Assembly (NCBI RefSeq): GCF_009914755.1
Contig: NC_060938.1
DNA length: 64,000 nt
From: the human T2T-CHM13v2.0 reference genome, Homo sapiens
Reading direction: 5' to 3' (one strand)
Shown here: in pieces, positions 47,879 to 64,000 of the stretch
Numbering within the stretch: position 1 is the stretch's first letter
Layout: every line of letters begins with the position of its first letter
Made by a program: the position numbers and the translations under genes
The notes under the pieces: model-generated
Databases searched by the model: none
The model's input: only the letters and a program-made list of their open reading frames with translations
What the model was told of the DNA's origin: nothing

Positions 47879-48584
47879 AAAGAGCTTCGGAAGGTGTTGG
47901 GAGAGCCTCAGCCAGAATTTCACGGACGGAAAAGGTCACAGAGAGGCCAGCGGTCTCCCTTGCCTTTCAGCCGGGGTGCACAATGAGCACAGGTCTAGCC
48001 AGGAGGCTGACAAAAAGAGCTTGAGGTCTGCGTTCCACCGCCAGGCACTCCATGGTTGCATCTGGGAGGCTGCAGGGGCACAGGCAGACCGACGATGGTG
48101 TCGGGGACTTGCAGAGGAGGCGAGCCGCCCAAGGGATGTCTAGCCTGGACGCTGCATGGGCCCAGTGTTTTGCAGGACGGGGGTCCCCACCCAGCCCAGT
48201 GGAGGACGCATTTTCCGGGATTGGGGTGTGGGGGTGGGTAGGGGTTGGTCATGCTGTGGTGGGTTGGTGGAAAGGCATGAGAGCTCTGCCCGGGCTGCTC
48301 CCACAGCCCAGGCGGCTGCCTGCAAATGTGCGCGTGCGCAGTAGGCGGCCCACCTGCTGGTACCTGGGCCAGCTCTGGGATCCCCGGGATGCCCAGGAAA
48401 TAATGGCTGTTCTCCGCTGTGTGGAGACTCTCACCGGGCCTAGACCTAGAAGGCAGGAATCTCTGGCCAGTCAGCCCGGTGGAGGTGGTGGGGGAAGACA
48501 CACAACTCCATAGCCAGCCAGGTGTTCCCCACGAAAAAGAGGCCACCGCCCTGCCCCGACCGGACCCCGTCCTATCCCCGCGTC

Positions 48585-50013
<1,429 letters not shown>

Positions 50014-50601
50014 ACCCCGGAGGGGTCCCAGGGCATCCAGGCCTGTGGCTGGGGGGTGGTGGGGTGTGGGGGAAGGGCGTGGTGATGGCCGTGGTGGGGC
50101 CAGAGAGACGAAGAGGAAGGGGGCGAGGGGGAAGTGGAGAGGGTGGCGTGTTTCGGAGGCTGGCATTCCGGACCTCTCCAGGAATCCCGCGGGAACTGAA
50201 AGCCACTCTCTGGGCTCCCACGCGTCTTCAGCAGGGAGAAACCAGCCTGGGAGTGTGGAGTGGAGTGTGGTACTTAAACTCCGTGGGAGTCTGGAGTGTT
50301 CCAGGGCATCCCTCCGTGAAGGAGTCACTGCCTGTGGGTGTCGCCGTTGCCGAGACAGTCTCACACACGCAGGTGTGTGGCTCTCGTTCATTTCCACGTA
50401 GGAGACAAGAGCGAGACCACAGAGAGAAGATGCCTCCCCGGCATGAAGGCCTGACGATAGATTCCCGTGTGTGGCAAAATGGGGAGTCTGCAGTGTGGCC
50501 AGTTTGGAAACTGGGAAGGAGAGCGAAGGCACCTTGCCGGTCTTCCACCATTCCCTGCATGTTTCTGGGTGCCCACAGAGCTCCGGGAGCAAACAGTCAG
50601 C

Positions 50602-53600
50602 ATGACACATCTCTGAACTGATTAACAAAGTGATGTAACTCTTGTCTAGGCTCTGCCCTCAGGGGCTTTGTGACATATCTCTGCACTGATCACCCAGGTG
50701 ATGGGACTTTTGTCTAGGTTCTGCCTATGGGACATTGTGACATATCTCTACATTGATCACCCAGGTGATGTAATTCTTGTGTTGGATCTGCCTATGGGGG
50801 CATTGTGACATATATCTGCACTTATCACCCAGTGATGGGACTCTGGTCTAGGCTCTGTGTATAGGGGCTTTGTGACATATCTCTGCACTGATCACCCAGG
50901 TGATGTAACGCTTGACTAGGCTCTGCCTACGGGGCATAGTGACATATCACTTCATTGATCACCAGGGTGATGTAACTCTTGTCCAGGTTCTGCCTATAGG
51001 GGGCATTGTGACATATCTCTGCACTGATCATCTAGGTGATGAAACACTTGCTTACGCTCTGCCTGCAGGGGCATTGTTATATATCTCTGCACTGATCACC
51101 CAGGTGATGGGACTCTTCTCTAGGCTCTGCCTACTGGGGGCATTGTCACATATTTCTGCAATGATCACCCAGGTGACGGATTCTTGTCTTTGATTTTCCA
51201 ATGGGGGGATTGTGATATATCTCTGCACTGATCACCCAGGTGATGGGACTCTTCTCTAGGCTCTGCCTACTGGGATCAATGTCACATATTTCTGCAATGA
51301 TCACCCAGGTGACGGATTCTTGTCTTGGATTTGCCTATGGGGGCATTGTGACATATCTCTGCATTGATCACCCAGGTGATGTAACTCTGGTCCAAGCTCT
51401 CCCTAAGGGGGTATTGTGACAGATATGTGCACTGATCACTCAGGTGACGTAACTATTGTCTAGGCTCTGCTTAAAGGGGCCTTGTCACATATCTCTGCAC
51501 TGATCACCCAGGTGATGTAACTATTGTCTAGGCTCTTCTTACAGTGGGTATTGTGACATATCTCTGCACTGATCACCTAAGTGATGTAACTCTTGTGTAT
51601 GCTCGGCCTACAGGGGCATTTTGACATATCTCTGCACTGTTAAACGAGGTTGTGTAACTCTTGTCTAGGCTGTGCCCACAGGGGGATATAGACATATCTC
51701 TGCACTGATCCCGAAGTGATCCAACTCTTGCCTGGTCTCTGACTACCGGGGACACTGTGACATATCTCAGCACTGATCTCCCAGGTGCTGTAACTTTGGT
51801 CTAGGCTCTGGCTGCATGGCGTTGTGACATATCACTGCACTGATGACCCAGGTGATATAACTCTTGTCTAGGCTCTGCCTACAGGGGGGTTGTGACATAT
51901 CCCTGCAATGATCAACCAAGTGATGTACCACTTGTCAAGGCTCTCCCTAAAGGGACATTGCGATGTAACTCTGCACTGATCACCTAGGTCATGTAACTCT
52001 TGTCTAGGCTCTACCTACAGTGGCATCGTGACATATCTCTGCACTGATCATCCAAGTGATGTAACACTTGTCTAGGATCTGCCTAAAGGGACTTTGTGAC
52101 ATAACTCTGCACTGATCATCCAGGTGATGGGGCTTTTGTCTAGGCTATGCGTAAGTTGGCATTGTGACATATTTCTGCACTGATCACCCAGGTGACGAAC
52201 TCTTGTCTCGGATCTGCCTATGGGGGCATTGTGACATATCTCTGCACTGATCACCCAGGTGATGTAACTGTTGTATAAGCTCTGCCTACAGGGGAATTTT
52301 GAGAGATCTCGCCAATGATGACCCAAGTGATGTAACTATTATTTAGGCTTTGCCTACAGGGGGCATTGTGACAAACCTTTGCACTGATCACCCAGGTGAT
52401 GTAACTTATCTAATTTCTGCCTACAGGAGCATTGTGTCATATCTCTGCACTGATCATCTAGGTGATGTAACGATTTTATAAACACTGCCTACAGGGAATT
52501 TTAACAAATCTGTGCACTGCTCACATTTTTGATGTAACTCTTGTCTACCCTCTGCCCAAAGGGGGCATTGTGAAATATCTCTGCCTGATCACCCAGGTGA
52601 TTCAACTCTTGTCTAGGATCTGCCTACAAGCGGTATTGTGAAATATCTCTGCACTGATCATCTAGGTGATATAAATCTTGTCTAGGCTCTGCCTACAGGG
52701 GCGATTTCACCTATCCCTGAACCGATGTCAAAGGTGATGTAACTCTTGCCTAGGCTTTGCCTACAGGCTACATTGTGACATATCTCTGCAGTGATCACCC
52801 AGGTGATGCAACTCTTCTCCGTGCTCTGCCTACAGGGGACATTGTGACATATGTCTGCACTGATCACCCAGGTGATGTAACTCTTTTCTATTCTCTGTCT
52901 ACAGAGGGCGTTGTGACATCCCACTGCACGGATCACCCGGGTTATGTAACTCTTTTCTAGGCTCTGCCTACGGGGACATTGTGACTTATCTCTGCACTGA
53001 TCACCCAAGAGATGTGATTCTTGTCTAAGCTCTGCCTAGAGGGACATTGGGACATATCTCTGCACTGATCACTGAGGTGATGTAAAACTTGTCTGGGCTT
53101 TGCCTACAGTGGGATTTATGACATATCCCTGCACTGATCACCCAGGTTATGTAACTCTTGTCTGAGCTCTGCTTACAGGGGGTATTGTGAGATAAATCTG
53201 CACTGATCACCCAGGTGATGTAACTGTTGTCCAGGCTCAGCCTATAGGGGGTCTTGTGACATATCTCTGCACTGATCATCTACGTGATGTAACTCTTGCT
53301 TACACACTGCCTGCAGGGGCATTGTGAAATATCTCTGCACTGATCACCAAGGTAATAGGACACTTTTCAAGGCTCTGCCTACTGGGGGCATCGTCACATA
53401 ATTCTGCACAGATCACCCAGGGTATGGACTCTTGTCTTGGATTTGCCTATGGGGGCATTGTGACATATCTCTGCACTGATCACCCAGGTGACGTAACTCT
53501 TGTCTAAGCTCTGCCTAAATGGGCATTGTGACAGATCTCCGCACTGATCACTCAGGTGATGTAACAATTGTCTAGGCTCTGCTTAAAGGGGCATTGTCAC

Positions 53601-56600
53601 ATATCTGTGCACTGATCACCCAGGTGATGTAACTATTGTCTAGGCACTGCTTAAAGGGGCCTTGTCACATATCTCTGCACTGATTACCCAGGTGATGTAA
53701 CTCTTGTCTAGGCTCTGCTTACACGGGGTATTGTGACATATCTCTGCACTGATCACCTAAGTGATGTAACACTTCTGTAGGCTCTGCCTGCAGGGGCATT
53801 GTGAAATATCTCTGCACTGATCACCCAGGTGATGAGACCCTTCTCTAGGCTCTGCTTACTGTGGGTATTGTCACACATGTCTGCATTGATCACCCAGGTG
53901 AAGGACTCTTGTCTTGGATTTGCCTATGGGTCATTGTGACATATCTCTGCACTGATCGCTGAGGTGATGCAAACTTGTCTAGGCTTTGCCTACAGTGGGA
54001 TTTATGACATATCTCTGCTCTGATCACCCATGTGATGTAACTCTTGTCTACGCTCTGCTTACAGGGGGTATAGTGAGATATCTCTGCAATGATCACCCAG
54101 GTGATGTAAATCTTGTCTAGGCTCTGCCTACAGGGCATTTTCACATATCACTGCACTGATCACCAAGATGATGTAACTCTTGTATAGGCTTCGCCGACAG
54201 GGGGCATTGAGACATATCTCTGCACTGATCCCCGAGGTGATGCAACTCTTGTCTTGGATCTGCTTACAAGGGGCATTGTGACATATCTCTTCCCTGATAC
54301 CCCAGGTGATGTAACTCTTGTCTAGGCTCTGCCTACTGGAGACATTGTGATGTATCTCAGCACTGATCACCCAGGTGATGTCACTTTTGTCAAGGATATG
54401 GCTACAGGGACTCTGTGACATGTCACTGCACTGATCACACAGGTGATGTAACTCTTGTATAGGCTCTGAATACAGGGGGCTTGTGACACATCTCTTCACT
54501 GATCACCCATGTGATGTAACCCTTGCCTAGGCTCTACCAAAAGGGGGCATTGTGACATAACTGTGCACTGATCACCCAGGTGATGTAACGCTTGACTAGG
54601 CTCTGCCTATGGGGCATAGTGACATATCACTGCATTGATCACTGAATTGATGTAACTCTTGTCCAGGATCTGCCTATAGAGGACCTTGTGAGATATCTCT
54701 GCACTGATCATCTGGGTGATGTAACTCTTGCTTGTGCTCTGCCTGCAGGAGCATTGGGAAATATCTCTGCACTGATCACCCAGGTGATGGAACTCTTCTC
54801 TAGGCTCTGCGTACTGGGGGCATTGTCACATATTTCTGCACTGATCTCCCAGGTGACGGACTCTTGTCTTGGATTTGCCTATGGGGACACTGTGACATAT
54901 CTCTGCACTGATCACTCAGGTGATGCAACTCTGGTCCAAGCTCTGCCTAAAGGGCTATTGTGACAGATCTCTGCACTGATCACTCAGGTGATGTAACTAT
55001 TGTCTAGGCTCTGCTTAAAGGGGCTTGTCACATATCTCTTCACTGATCACCCAGGTGATGTAACTCTTGTCTAGGCTGTGCTTACAGGGGGTATTGAGAC
55101 ATATCTCTGCACTGATCACCCAGGTTATATAACTCTTCTCTAGGATCTGAATACAGGGTGCTTTGTGATATATCCCTGTAATGATCACCCTGGTGATGTA
55201 CCAGTTGTCAAGGCTCTACATACAGGGGCATTGCGATGTATCTCTGCACTGATCACCTAGGTCATGTAATTCTTCTCTAGGCTCTGCCTACAGTGGCATT
55301 GTGACATATCCCTGCACTGATCACCCAGGTGGTGTAACTCCTTTCTAAGATATGCCTACAGGGTACTTTGAGACATATCCCTGCAATGATCACCCAGGTG
55401 ATGTACCGCTTGTCAAGGCTCTGCCTACAGGGACATAGCGATGTATCTCCTCACAGATCACCTAGGTCATGTAACTCTTGTCTAGGCTCTGCCTGCAGTG
55501 GCATTGTGACATATCTCTGCACTGAACATCCAAGTGATGTAACTCTTCTCTAGGATCTACCTGAAGGCACCTTGTGACATAACTCTGCACTGATCATCCA
55601 GGTGATGGGGATTTTTTCTAGTCTCTGCCTAAGGGAGTATTGTGAAGTATTTCTGCACTGACCACCCAGGTGACGTACACTTGTCTTGGATCTGCCTATA
55701 GGGGCATTGGGACATATCTCTGCACTGATCGCTGAGGTGATGTAAAACTTCTCTAGGCTTTGCATACAATGGGATTTATGATATATCTCTACAATGATCA
55801 CCCAGGTGATGTAACTCTTGTCTAGGCTCTGCTTACAGGGGATATTGTGAGATATCTCTGCACTGGTCAACCAGGTGATGTAACTCTTGCCTAGGCTCTG
55901 CCTACAGGGGCATTTTCACATATCACTGCACTGAACACCGAGATGATGTGACTCTTGTATAGGCTTCGCTCACAGGGGGCATTGAGACATATCTCTGCAC
56001 TGATCACTGAGGTGATGCAACTCTTTTCTGGGATCTGCTTACAGGGGGCATTGAGACATATCTCTGCACTGATCACCGAGGTGATGCAACTCTTGTCTTG
56101 GATCTGCTTACAGGGGGCATGGTGACATATCTCTGCCCTGATCACCCAGGTGATGTAACTCTTTTCTAGGCTCTGCCTACTGGAGACATTGTGACATATT
56201 TCCGCACTGATCACCCAGGTGATGTCACTTTTGTCAATGATATGACTACAGGGATATTGTGACATGTCACTGCACTGATCACACAGGTGATGTAACAGTT
56301 TTCTAGGCTCTGGCTACAGGGGGCTTGTGACACATCTCTGCACTGATCACCCAGGTGATGTAACCCTTGTCTAGGCTCTGACAAAAGGGGGCATTGTGAC
56401 CTAACTCTGCACTGATCACCCAGGTGATGGGACACTTGTCTAGGCTCTGCCTACAGGGGCATTGTGAAATATCTCTGCAGTGATCATGCAGGTGATGTAA
56501 CTCTTGTCTGTATCTGCCTACTGACGGCACTGTGGCATATTTCTGCACTGATCACCCAGGTGATGGACTCTTGTCATGGATCTGCCTATGGGGGCATAGT

Positions 56601-59600
56601 GACATATCTCTGCACTAATCACTCATGTGATGTAACCCTTGTCTATGCTGCGACTAAAGGGGAATTGTTACAGATGTCTCTAATGATCACCGAGTTGATG
56701 TAACAATTTTCTGGGATTTGTCTACAGGGGGCTTTGTGACATATCTTTGTACTGATCACCCAGGAGATGTAACTCTTGTCTAGGTTCGGCCTACAGGGGC
56801 TTTGTGACATGTTTGTGCACTGATCACCCCGGTGATGTAACTCTTGTCTAGGTTCCGCCTACAGGGGCTTTGTGACCTATATGTGTACTTATCACCCAGG
56901 TAATGTAAGACTTGTCTAGGCTCCACCTACTGGGGTTATTGTGACGTATCTCTGCACTGATCCCCCAGGTGATATAAAAATTATCTAGGCTCTGCCTACA
57001 GGGGAGTTTTGACATAGCTCTGCAAAGATCACCTACGTTATGTAACTCTTGTCCACTCTCTACCTACAGAGGGCATTGTGAAATATCTCTGCACTGATCA
57101 CCCAGGTGATGGGACTCTTCTCTACACTCTGCCTGGAGGGGGATTTGTGGCATAACTCTGCACTGATCACCGAGGTGATGGAAGTCTTGTCCGGGCTCTG
57201 TCTATGGGGGCATTGTGTCAAATATCTGCACTGATCACCCAGGTGATGTAACTCTTTTCTAGGCTCTGTCTACAGGGATTTTTGTGACATATCACTGCAC
57301 TCATCACCTAGGTGATGTAAGTGTTGTATGGGCTTTTCCTACAGAAGGCTTTGTGACATATCTATGCACTGATCTCTGAGGTGATGCAACTCTTGTCTAG
57401 ACCCTGCCTACAGGGGACATTGATATATAACTCTGCACTGATCACCCAAGTGATGGACCCTTGTCTTAGATCTGCCTACATGGACATTGTGACACATCTC
57501 TGAACTGATCAACCAAGTGATGAAACTCTTGTCTAGGCTCTGCCTCCAGGGGCTTTGTGACACATCTCTGCACTGATCACCCTGGGGTGGGATTTCTTGT
57601 CTACACTCTTCCTACAGGAGGCTTTATGACTTATACCTACACTGATAACCAAGATGATGTAACATTTGTCTCAGCTCTGCCTACACGGGAATTCTCACAT
57701 ATCTCTGCACTGATCACCAAAGTGAAGTAACCCTTGTCTAAGCTCTGCCTACAGGGGCATTGTGACAGATCTCTCCACTGCTCACCCAGGTGATGTAACA
57801 ATTGTCTGGGCTTTGCCTACAGGGGCTTTGTGATATACATTTCCACTGATCAAACATGTGATGTAACCCTTGTGAAGGTTCTGCTTACCGGGGTTTTGTG
57901 ACATATCTCTGCACTGATCACGCTATGGAGGAAACAATTGTCTACACTCTGCCTACAGGAGGCTTTAGAACTTATCCCTGCACTGATCACTAGGTGATGT
58001 AACACTTGTCTAGGCTCTGTCTACAGGGCAATTTTCACATATCTCTACGCTGATCACCTAAGTGATGTAACTCTTGTCTAGGCCTGCCTATGTGGGCATT
58101 GTGACTTATCTCTGCACTGATCACCCAGGAGATGTGACTCTTGTCTAAGCTCTGCCTAGAGGGACATTGGGACATATCTCTGCACTGATCACTGAGGTGA
58201 TGTAAAACTTGTCTAGGCTTTGCCTACAGTGGGATTTATGACATATCTGTGCTCTGATAACCCAGGTGAAGTAACTCTTGTCTAGGCTCTGCTTACAGGG
58301 GTATTGTGAGATACCTCTGCACTGATCACCCAGGTGATTTAACTCTTGTATAGGCATCGCCGACAGTGGGCATTGAGGCATGTCTCTGCACTGATAACCG
58401 AGGTGATGCAACTCTTGTCTGGGATATTCTTACAGGGGGCATTGTGACATATCTCTGCCCTGATCACCGAAGTGATGTAACTCCTGCCTAGGCTCTGCCG
58501 ACTAGAGACATTGTGACATATCTCCGCACTGATCACCCAGGTGATGTCACTTTTCTCAAGGATATGGCTACAGGGGCATTGTGACATATTTCTGCACTGA
58601 TCACACAGGTGATGGACACTTGTCTTGGATCTGCCTATGGGGGCATAGTGACATATCTCTGCTTTGATCACTCATGTGATGTAACGCTTGTCTAAGCTGC
58701 GCCTAAAGGGGAATTGTGTCAGATATCTCCACTGATCAACCAGGTGATGTAACAATACTCTGGTATTTGTCTACAGGGGGCTTTGTGTCGTATCTTTGCA
58801 CTGATCACCCAGGAGATGTAACTCTTGTCTACGCTATGCATAAAGGGGCTTTGTTACATATCTCTGCACTGATCACCCAGGTGATGTAACTCTTGTCTAG
58901 GCTCTGCTAACAGGGGGTATTGTCCCGAGGTGATCCAACTCTTGCCTGGTCTCATCCTACTGGGGACATTGTGACATATCTCTGCACTGTTCTCCCAGGT
59001 GCTGTAACTTTAGTCTAGGCTCTGGCTACACGTCATTGTGACAAATCACTGCACTGATCACCCAGGTGACATAACTCTTGTCTATGCTCTGCCTACAGGG
59101 AGCCTGTGAAATATCTCTGCACTGATCACCCAGGTGATATAACTCTTCTCTAGGATCTGCATACAGGGTGCTTTGTGACATATCCCTGCAATGATCACCC
59201 AGGTGATATAACACTTGTCAAGGCTCTGCCTAGAGGGGCATTGCGATGTATCTCTGCACTGATCACCTAGGTCATGTAACTCTTGTCTAGGCTCTGCCTA
59301 CAGTGGCATTGTGACATATCTCTGCACTGATCTCCCAGGTGATGAAACACTTGTCTAGGATCTGCCTAAAGGGACTTTGTGACATATATCTGCACTGATC
59401 ATCCAGGTGATGGGGCTGTTGTATAGGCTCTGCCTAAGGGGGCATTGTGACATATTTCTGCACTGATCACCCAGGTGACGGACTCTTGTCTTGGATCTGC
59501 CTATGGGGGCATTGGGACATATCTCTGCACTGATCACCCAGGTGATGTAACTGTTTTAAAAGCTCTGCCTACAGGGGAATTTTGAGAGATCTCGCCACTG

Positions 59601-62600
59601 ATCACCCAAGTGATGTAACTATTTTCTATGCTTTGCCTACAGAGGGCTTTGTGACATACCTTTGCACTGATCACCCGGGTGATGTAACTCATCTAAGTTC
59701 TGCCTACAGGAGCTTTGTGACATATCTCTGTACTGAACACTTAGTATAAGTTACACTTTTATAAGCACTGCCTACAGGGAATTTTGACAAATCTCTGCAA
59801 TGATCACCTATGTGATGTAACTCTTGTTTACCCTCTGCCCAAAGGGGGCACTGTGAAATATCTCTGCACAAAATCACCCAGGTGATTCAACTCTTGTCTA
59901 GTATCTGCCTACAGGGGGTATTGTGAAATATCTCTGCACTGATAAACTAGGTGGTGTAACTCTTGTCAAGGCTCTGCCTACAGGGGCATTTTCACATATC
60001 CCTGAACTGATGACAAAGGTGATGTAGCTCTTGCCTAGGCTTTGCCTACAGGGGACATTGTGACATACATCTGCACTGATCACCCAGGTGATGCAACTCT
60101 TGCCTTCACTGTGCCTACAGTGGACATTGTGACATATCTCTGCACTGATCTCCCAGGTGATGCAACTCTTCTCTATGCTCTGCCTACAGAGGACATTGGG
60201 ACATATCTCTGCACTGATCACCCAGGTGATGCAACTCTTCTCTATGCTCTGCCTACAGGGGCATTGTGATATATCTCTGCACTGATCACCCAGGTGTTGT
60301 AACTCTTTTCTAGTCTCTGCCTACAGAGGGCGTTGTGACATAACTCTGCACGGATAACCCAGGTTATGTAACTCTTGTCTATGCTCTGCCTATGGGGGCA
60401 TTGTGACTTATCTCTGCACTGATCACCCAAGAGATGTGACTCTTGTCTAAGCTCAGTCTAGAGGGACATTGGGACATATCTCTGTAATGATCGCTGAGGT
60501 GATGTAAAACTGGTCTAGGCTTTGCCTACAGTGGGATTTATGACATATGTCTGCACTGATCACCGAGGTGATGCAACTCATTTCTGGGATCAGCTTACAG
60601 GGGGCATTGTGGTATATCTCTGCCATGATCAACCAGGTGATGTAACTCTTGTCTAGGCTCTGCCTACTGGAGACATTGTGACATATCTCTGCACTGATCA
60701 CCCAGGTGATGTCACTTTTGTCAATGATACTGCTACTGGGATATTGTGACATGTCAGGGCACTGATCACACAGCTGATGTAACTCTTGTCTAGGATCTGG
60801 CTACAGGAGGCTTGTGAAACATCTCTGCACTGATCACCCAGGTGATGTAACCCCTCTCTAGGCTCTGTCAAATGGGGGCTTTGTGACACAACTCTGCACT
60901 TATCACCCAGGTGTTGGGACCCTTGACTAGGCTCTGCCTACAGGGGCATTGTGACAGATCTCTGCAGTGATAACGCAGGTGATGTAACTCTTGTCTATAT
61001 CTGCCTATTGGCGGCATTGTGGCATATTTCTGCACTGATCACCCAGGTGATGGACTCTTATCTTAGATCTGCCTATGGGGGCATAGTGACATATCTCTGC
61101 ACTGATCACTCATGTGATGTAACGCTTGTCTATGCTGCGCCTAAATTGTGACAGATATCTCCACTGATCACCCAGGTGATGTAACAATTTTCTAGGATTT
61201 GTCTACAGGGGGCTTTGTGACATATCTTGGCACTGATCATCCAGGAGATGTAACTCTTGTCTAGGCTCAGCCTACAGGGGCTTTGTGACATATTTCTGTA
61301 CTGATCACCCAGGTGATGTCACTCTTGTCTAGGCTCCACCTACAGGGCGTATTGTGACGAGTCTCTTCACTGATCACCCAGGTGATGTTACTCTTGTGTA
61401 GGCTCCACCTATATGGGGTATTGTGACGTATCTCTGCACTGATGACCCAGGTGATGTAACATTTGTCTAGACTCTGCCTACAGGGGCGTTTTGACATACC
61501 TCTGCACAGATCACCTAGGCTATGTAACTCTTGTCCACTCTCTGTCTACAGCGGGCATTGTGAAATATCTCTGCACTGTTCACCCATGTGATGGGACTCT
61601 TCTCTATACTCTGCCTAGAGGTCGATTTGTGACATATCTCTGCACTGATCTCCCAGGTAATGGAAGTCTTGTCTATGCTCTGTCTATGGGGGCATTGTGT
61701 CAAATATCTGCACTGACCACCCAGGTGATGTAACTCTTTTCTAGTCTCTGCCTACAGGGATTTTTTGTGACATATCACTGCACTGATCACCAAGGTGATG
61801 TAGTCCTTGTATGGGCTTTGCCGACAGAAGGCTTTGTGACATATCCATGCACTGATATCTGAGGTGATGCAACTCTTGTCTAGGCACTTCCTCCAGGGGA
61901 CATTGGTAAATATCTCTGCACTGATCACCCAGGTGATGGACTCTTGTCTTAGATCTGCCTACATGGACATAGTGACACATCTCTGAACTGATCCACTAAG
62001 TGATGAAACTATTGCCTAGGCTCTGCCTCCAGGGGCTTTGTGACACATCTCTGCACTGATCACCCTGGGGAGGGATCTCTTGTCTACGCTCTGCCTACTG
62101 GAGGCTTTATGACTTATACCTGCACTGATAACGTAGCTGATGTAACACTTGTCTAGGCTCTGCCTACACGGGAATTCTCACATATCTCTACACTGATTAC
62201 CCAGGTGATGTAACTGCTGTCGAGGTTCAGCCTACAGGAGCGTTTTGACATATCTCTGCCCTGATCACCCAGGTGATGTAACCCTTTTCTAGGCTCTGCC
62301 TACAGGGGCATTGTGACAGATCTCTCCACTGCTCACCCAGGTGATGTAACAATTGTCTGGGCTTTGCCTGCAGGGGGCTTTGTGATATACATTTCCACTG
62401 ATCAAACAGGTGATGTAACCCTTCTCAAGGTTCTGCTTACATGGGCTTTGTGACATATCTCCGCACAGATCACCCCAGGGTGGAAATACTTGTCTACACT
62501 CTGCCTACAGGAGGCTTTATGACTTATCCCTGCACTGATCACTAGGTGATGTAACACTTGTCTAGGCTCTGTCTACATGGGAATTTTCACATATCTCTAA

Positions 62601-62848
62601 CTGATCACCTAAGTGATGTAACCCTTATCTAGTTTCAGCCTACTGGGAATTTCTGACATACCTATGCACTGATCACTGAGGTGATGTAAATCATTTCCAG
62701 GATTTTTGTACAGGGGACATTGTGATATATCTCTGCACTGATCACCCAAAGGATGCAAATCTTCTCTAGGATCCAAAAGGAGGTGGCCTTGTGACATATT
62801 TCTGAAATGATCATCCAGGAGATGTAACTATTAGCCAGGTTTTGACTA
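50602..62848 (-). repeat. Beta-satellite array (longest uninterrupted block, about 12.2 kb)
   Basis: Tandem 68-69 bp monomers with no D4Z4-like sequence. Confidence 0.95.
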
Positions 62849-64000
62849 AAGAGCCTTGGAAGTTGTTGGGAGAGCCTCAGCCGGAATTTCACAGACGTAG
62901 AAGGGAACAGAGAGATCAGCGGGCTCCCTTGCAAGTCAGCCGGGGTGCGCAATGAGCGCAGACCTAGCCAGGAGGCCAGCAAAGAGAGCTAGAAGTCTGT
63001 GTTCCGCCGCCATGCGCTCCATGGTGGCAGCTGGGAGGCTGCAGGGGCACGGGCGGTACGGCGACAGTGGACGGTAGGCGCAGAGGAGGCAAGGCGTTGG
63101 AGGGGTGTCAGGCCTGGACGCTGCACGGGCCCGGTGTTTCACGGGATGGTTGTCTCCACCCAGCCCAGGGAAGGACGCATTTTCTGGGGGAGGGTGGTGT
63201 GGTGGGGATGGCATGGTCAGGCGTGTGTGGGGTGGTGGAAAGGTATGAAAGCTCTGGCCAGGCTGCTCCCACAGCCCAGGCAGCTGCCTGCAAACCTGCA
63301 CGTGCGCAGTAGGCGGCCCACCTGCTGGTACCTGGGCAGGCTCTTGGATCCCCGGGGTGCCCAGGGAGGAATGGCAGTTCTCCACTGGGTGCAGTCTCTC
63401 ACTGTGCCTAGAACTAGAAGGCAGGAATCCCAGGCCGGTCAGCCCAGTGGAGGGGTCGGGGGGAAGACACACCCCTCCATAGCCAGCCAGGTGTTCCCCA
63501 CGAAAAAGAGGCCACCGCCCTTCCCCATCCTGACCCCGTCTCAACCCCACGTCCTAAAATTCCTCCAGCAGAGCCCAGTATTCTTCCTCGCTGAGGGGTG
63601 CTCCCAGCGATGCAGCCTTTTCCAAGGCCTCCAGCTCCCCCGGGGCCTCGGTTTATAGGAAAGTTTGCACCTGCTGCAGAACCTCCAGGCTCGCCAGGAG
63701 CTCATCCAGCAGCAGGCCGGAGGGGAGAACAGATGAGCGCCCTGGCTCTTGAATCGCCTGGGAGGGCGCCGGGATGCCTTGCATCTGCTCCTGCTGCGGG
63801 GAGGTCTCCGGGGGCAAGGGCTGGCAAGGTGGAACTTCCCCTGCTTGGCGTTCCCACGCCACCCCGGCGACCTGGGAACCCCGGCCCCAGCCCCACCACG
63901 GACTCCCCTGGGACGAGGGTGGCGCAAGCACACCTTGGCCCTGTGGCCCCGCATGAGCGGGCCCTGGCTGTCCCACCGCACAAGGGCCCGGCAGGCCATC
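62849..64000 (-). repeat. D4Z4-like/LSau cassette 8 (continues beyond window)
   Basis: pLAM-like end, KpnI 63327-63332, DUX 3' part. Confidence 0.94.
63554..64000 (-). pseudogene. DUX4L: DUX4-like pseudogene, copy 8 (3' part only in window)
   Basis: [19 protein letters not shown]...[20 protein letters not shown] with premature TAA at 63653-63655; ancestral stop 63554-63556. Confidence 0.9.

Overview
Primate (human-like) heterochromatic DNA, not a microbial locus. The window is a beta-satellite (68-69 bp Sau3A/BSR) array interrupted by eight diverged D4Z4-like (LSau/3.3-kb family) cassettes, each carrying a DUX4-like double-homeobox pseudogene. This is the LSAU-BSAT composite seen on acrocentric short arms and pericentromeres; the chromosome cannot be assigned by eye. 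Six cassettes are complete (about 2.7-2.8 kb), one is 5'-deleted and one runs off the window end. None has an intact DUX ORF. Each complete cassette runs: fixed satellite junction, promoter (GC box, DBE-like element, TATAA), DUX ORF remnant, KpnI/LSau segment, pLAM/exon-3 homologue, then an ordered series of satellite monomer variants. Segment 3991-12206 is inverted relative to the rest. Main observations: (1) pLAM/exon 3 is a degenerate duplicate of the DUX 5'UTR and start. (2) The FSHD poly(A)-signal position is the satellite hexamer GTCACA in seven copies and ATCACA in one. (3) A 238-bp perfect inverted match suggests gene conversion. (4) A fold-back inversion junction at 3990. (5) A templated-insertion deletion junction leaves only the DUX activation domain. 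(6) A roughly 230-codon satellite/D4Z4 chimeric ORF stays open in most copies. Strand labels for satellite blocks are relative to DUX sense. Comparisons with canonical DUX4/4qA are from memory, not from an alignment.
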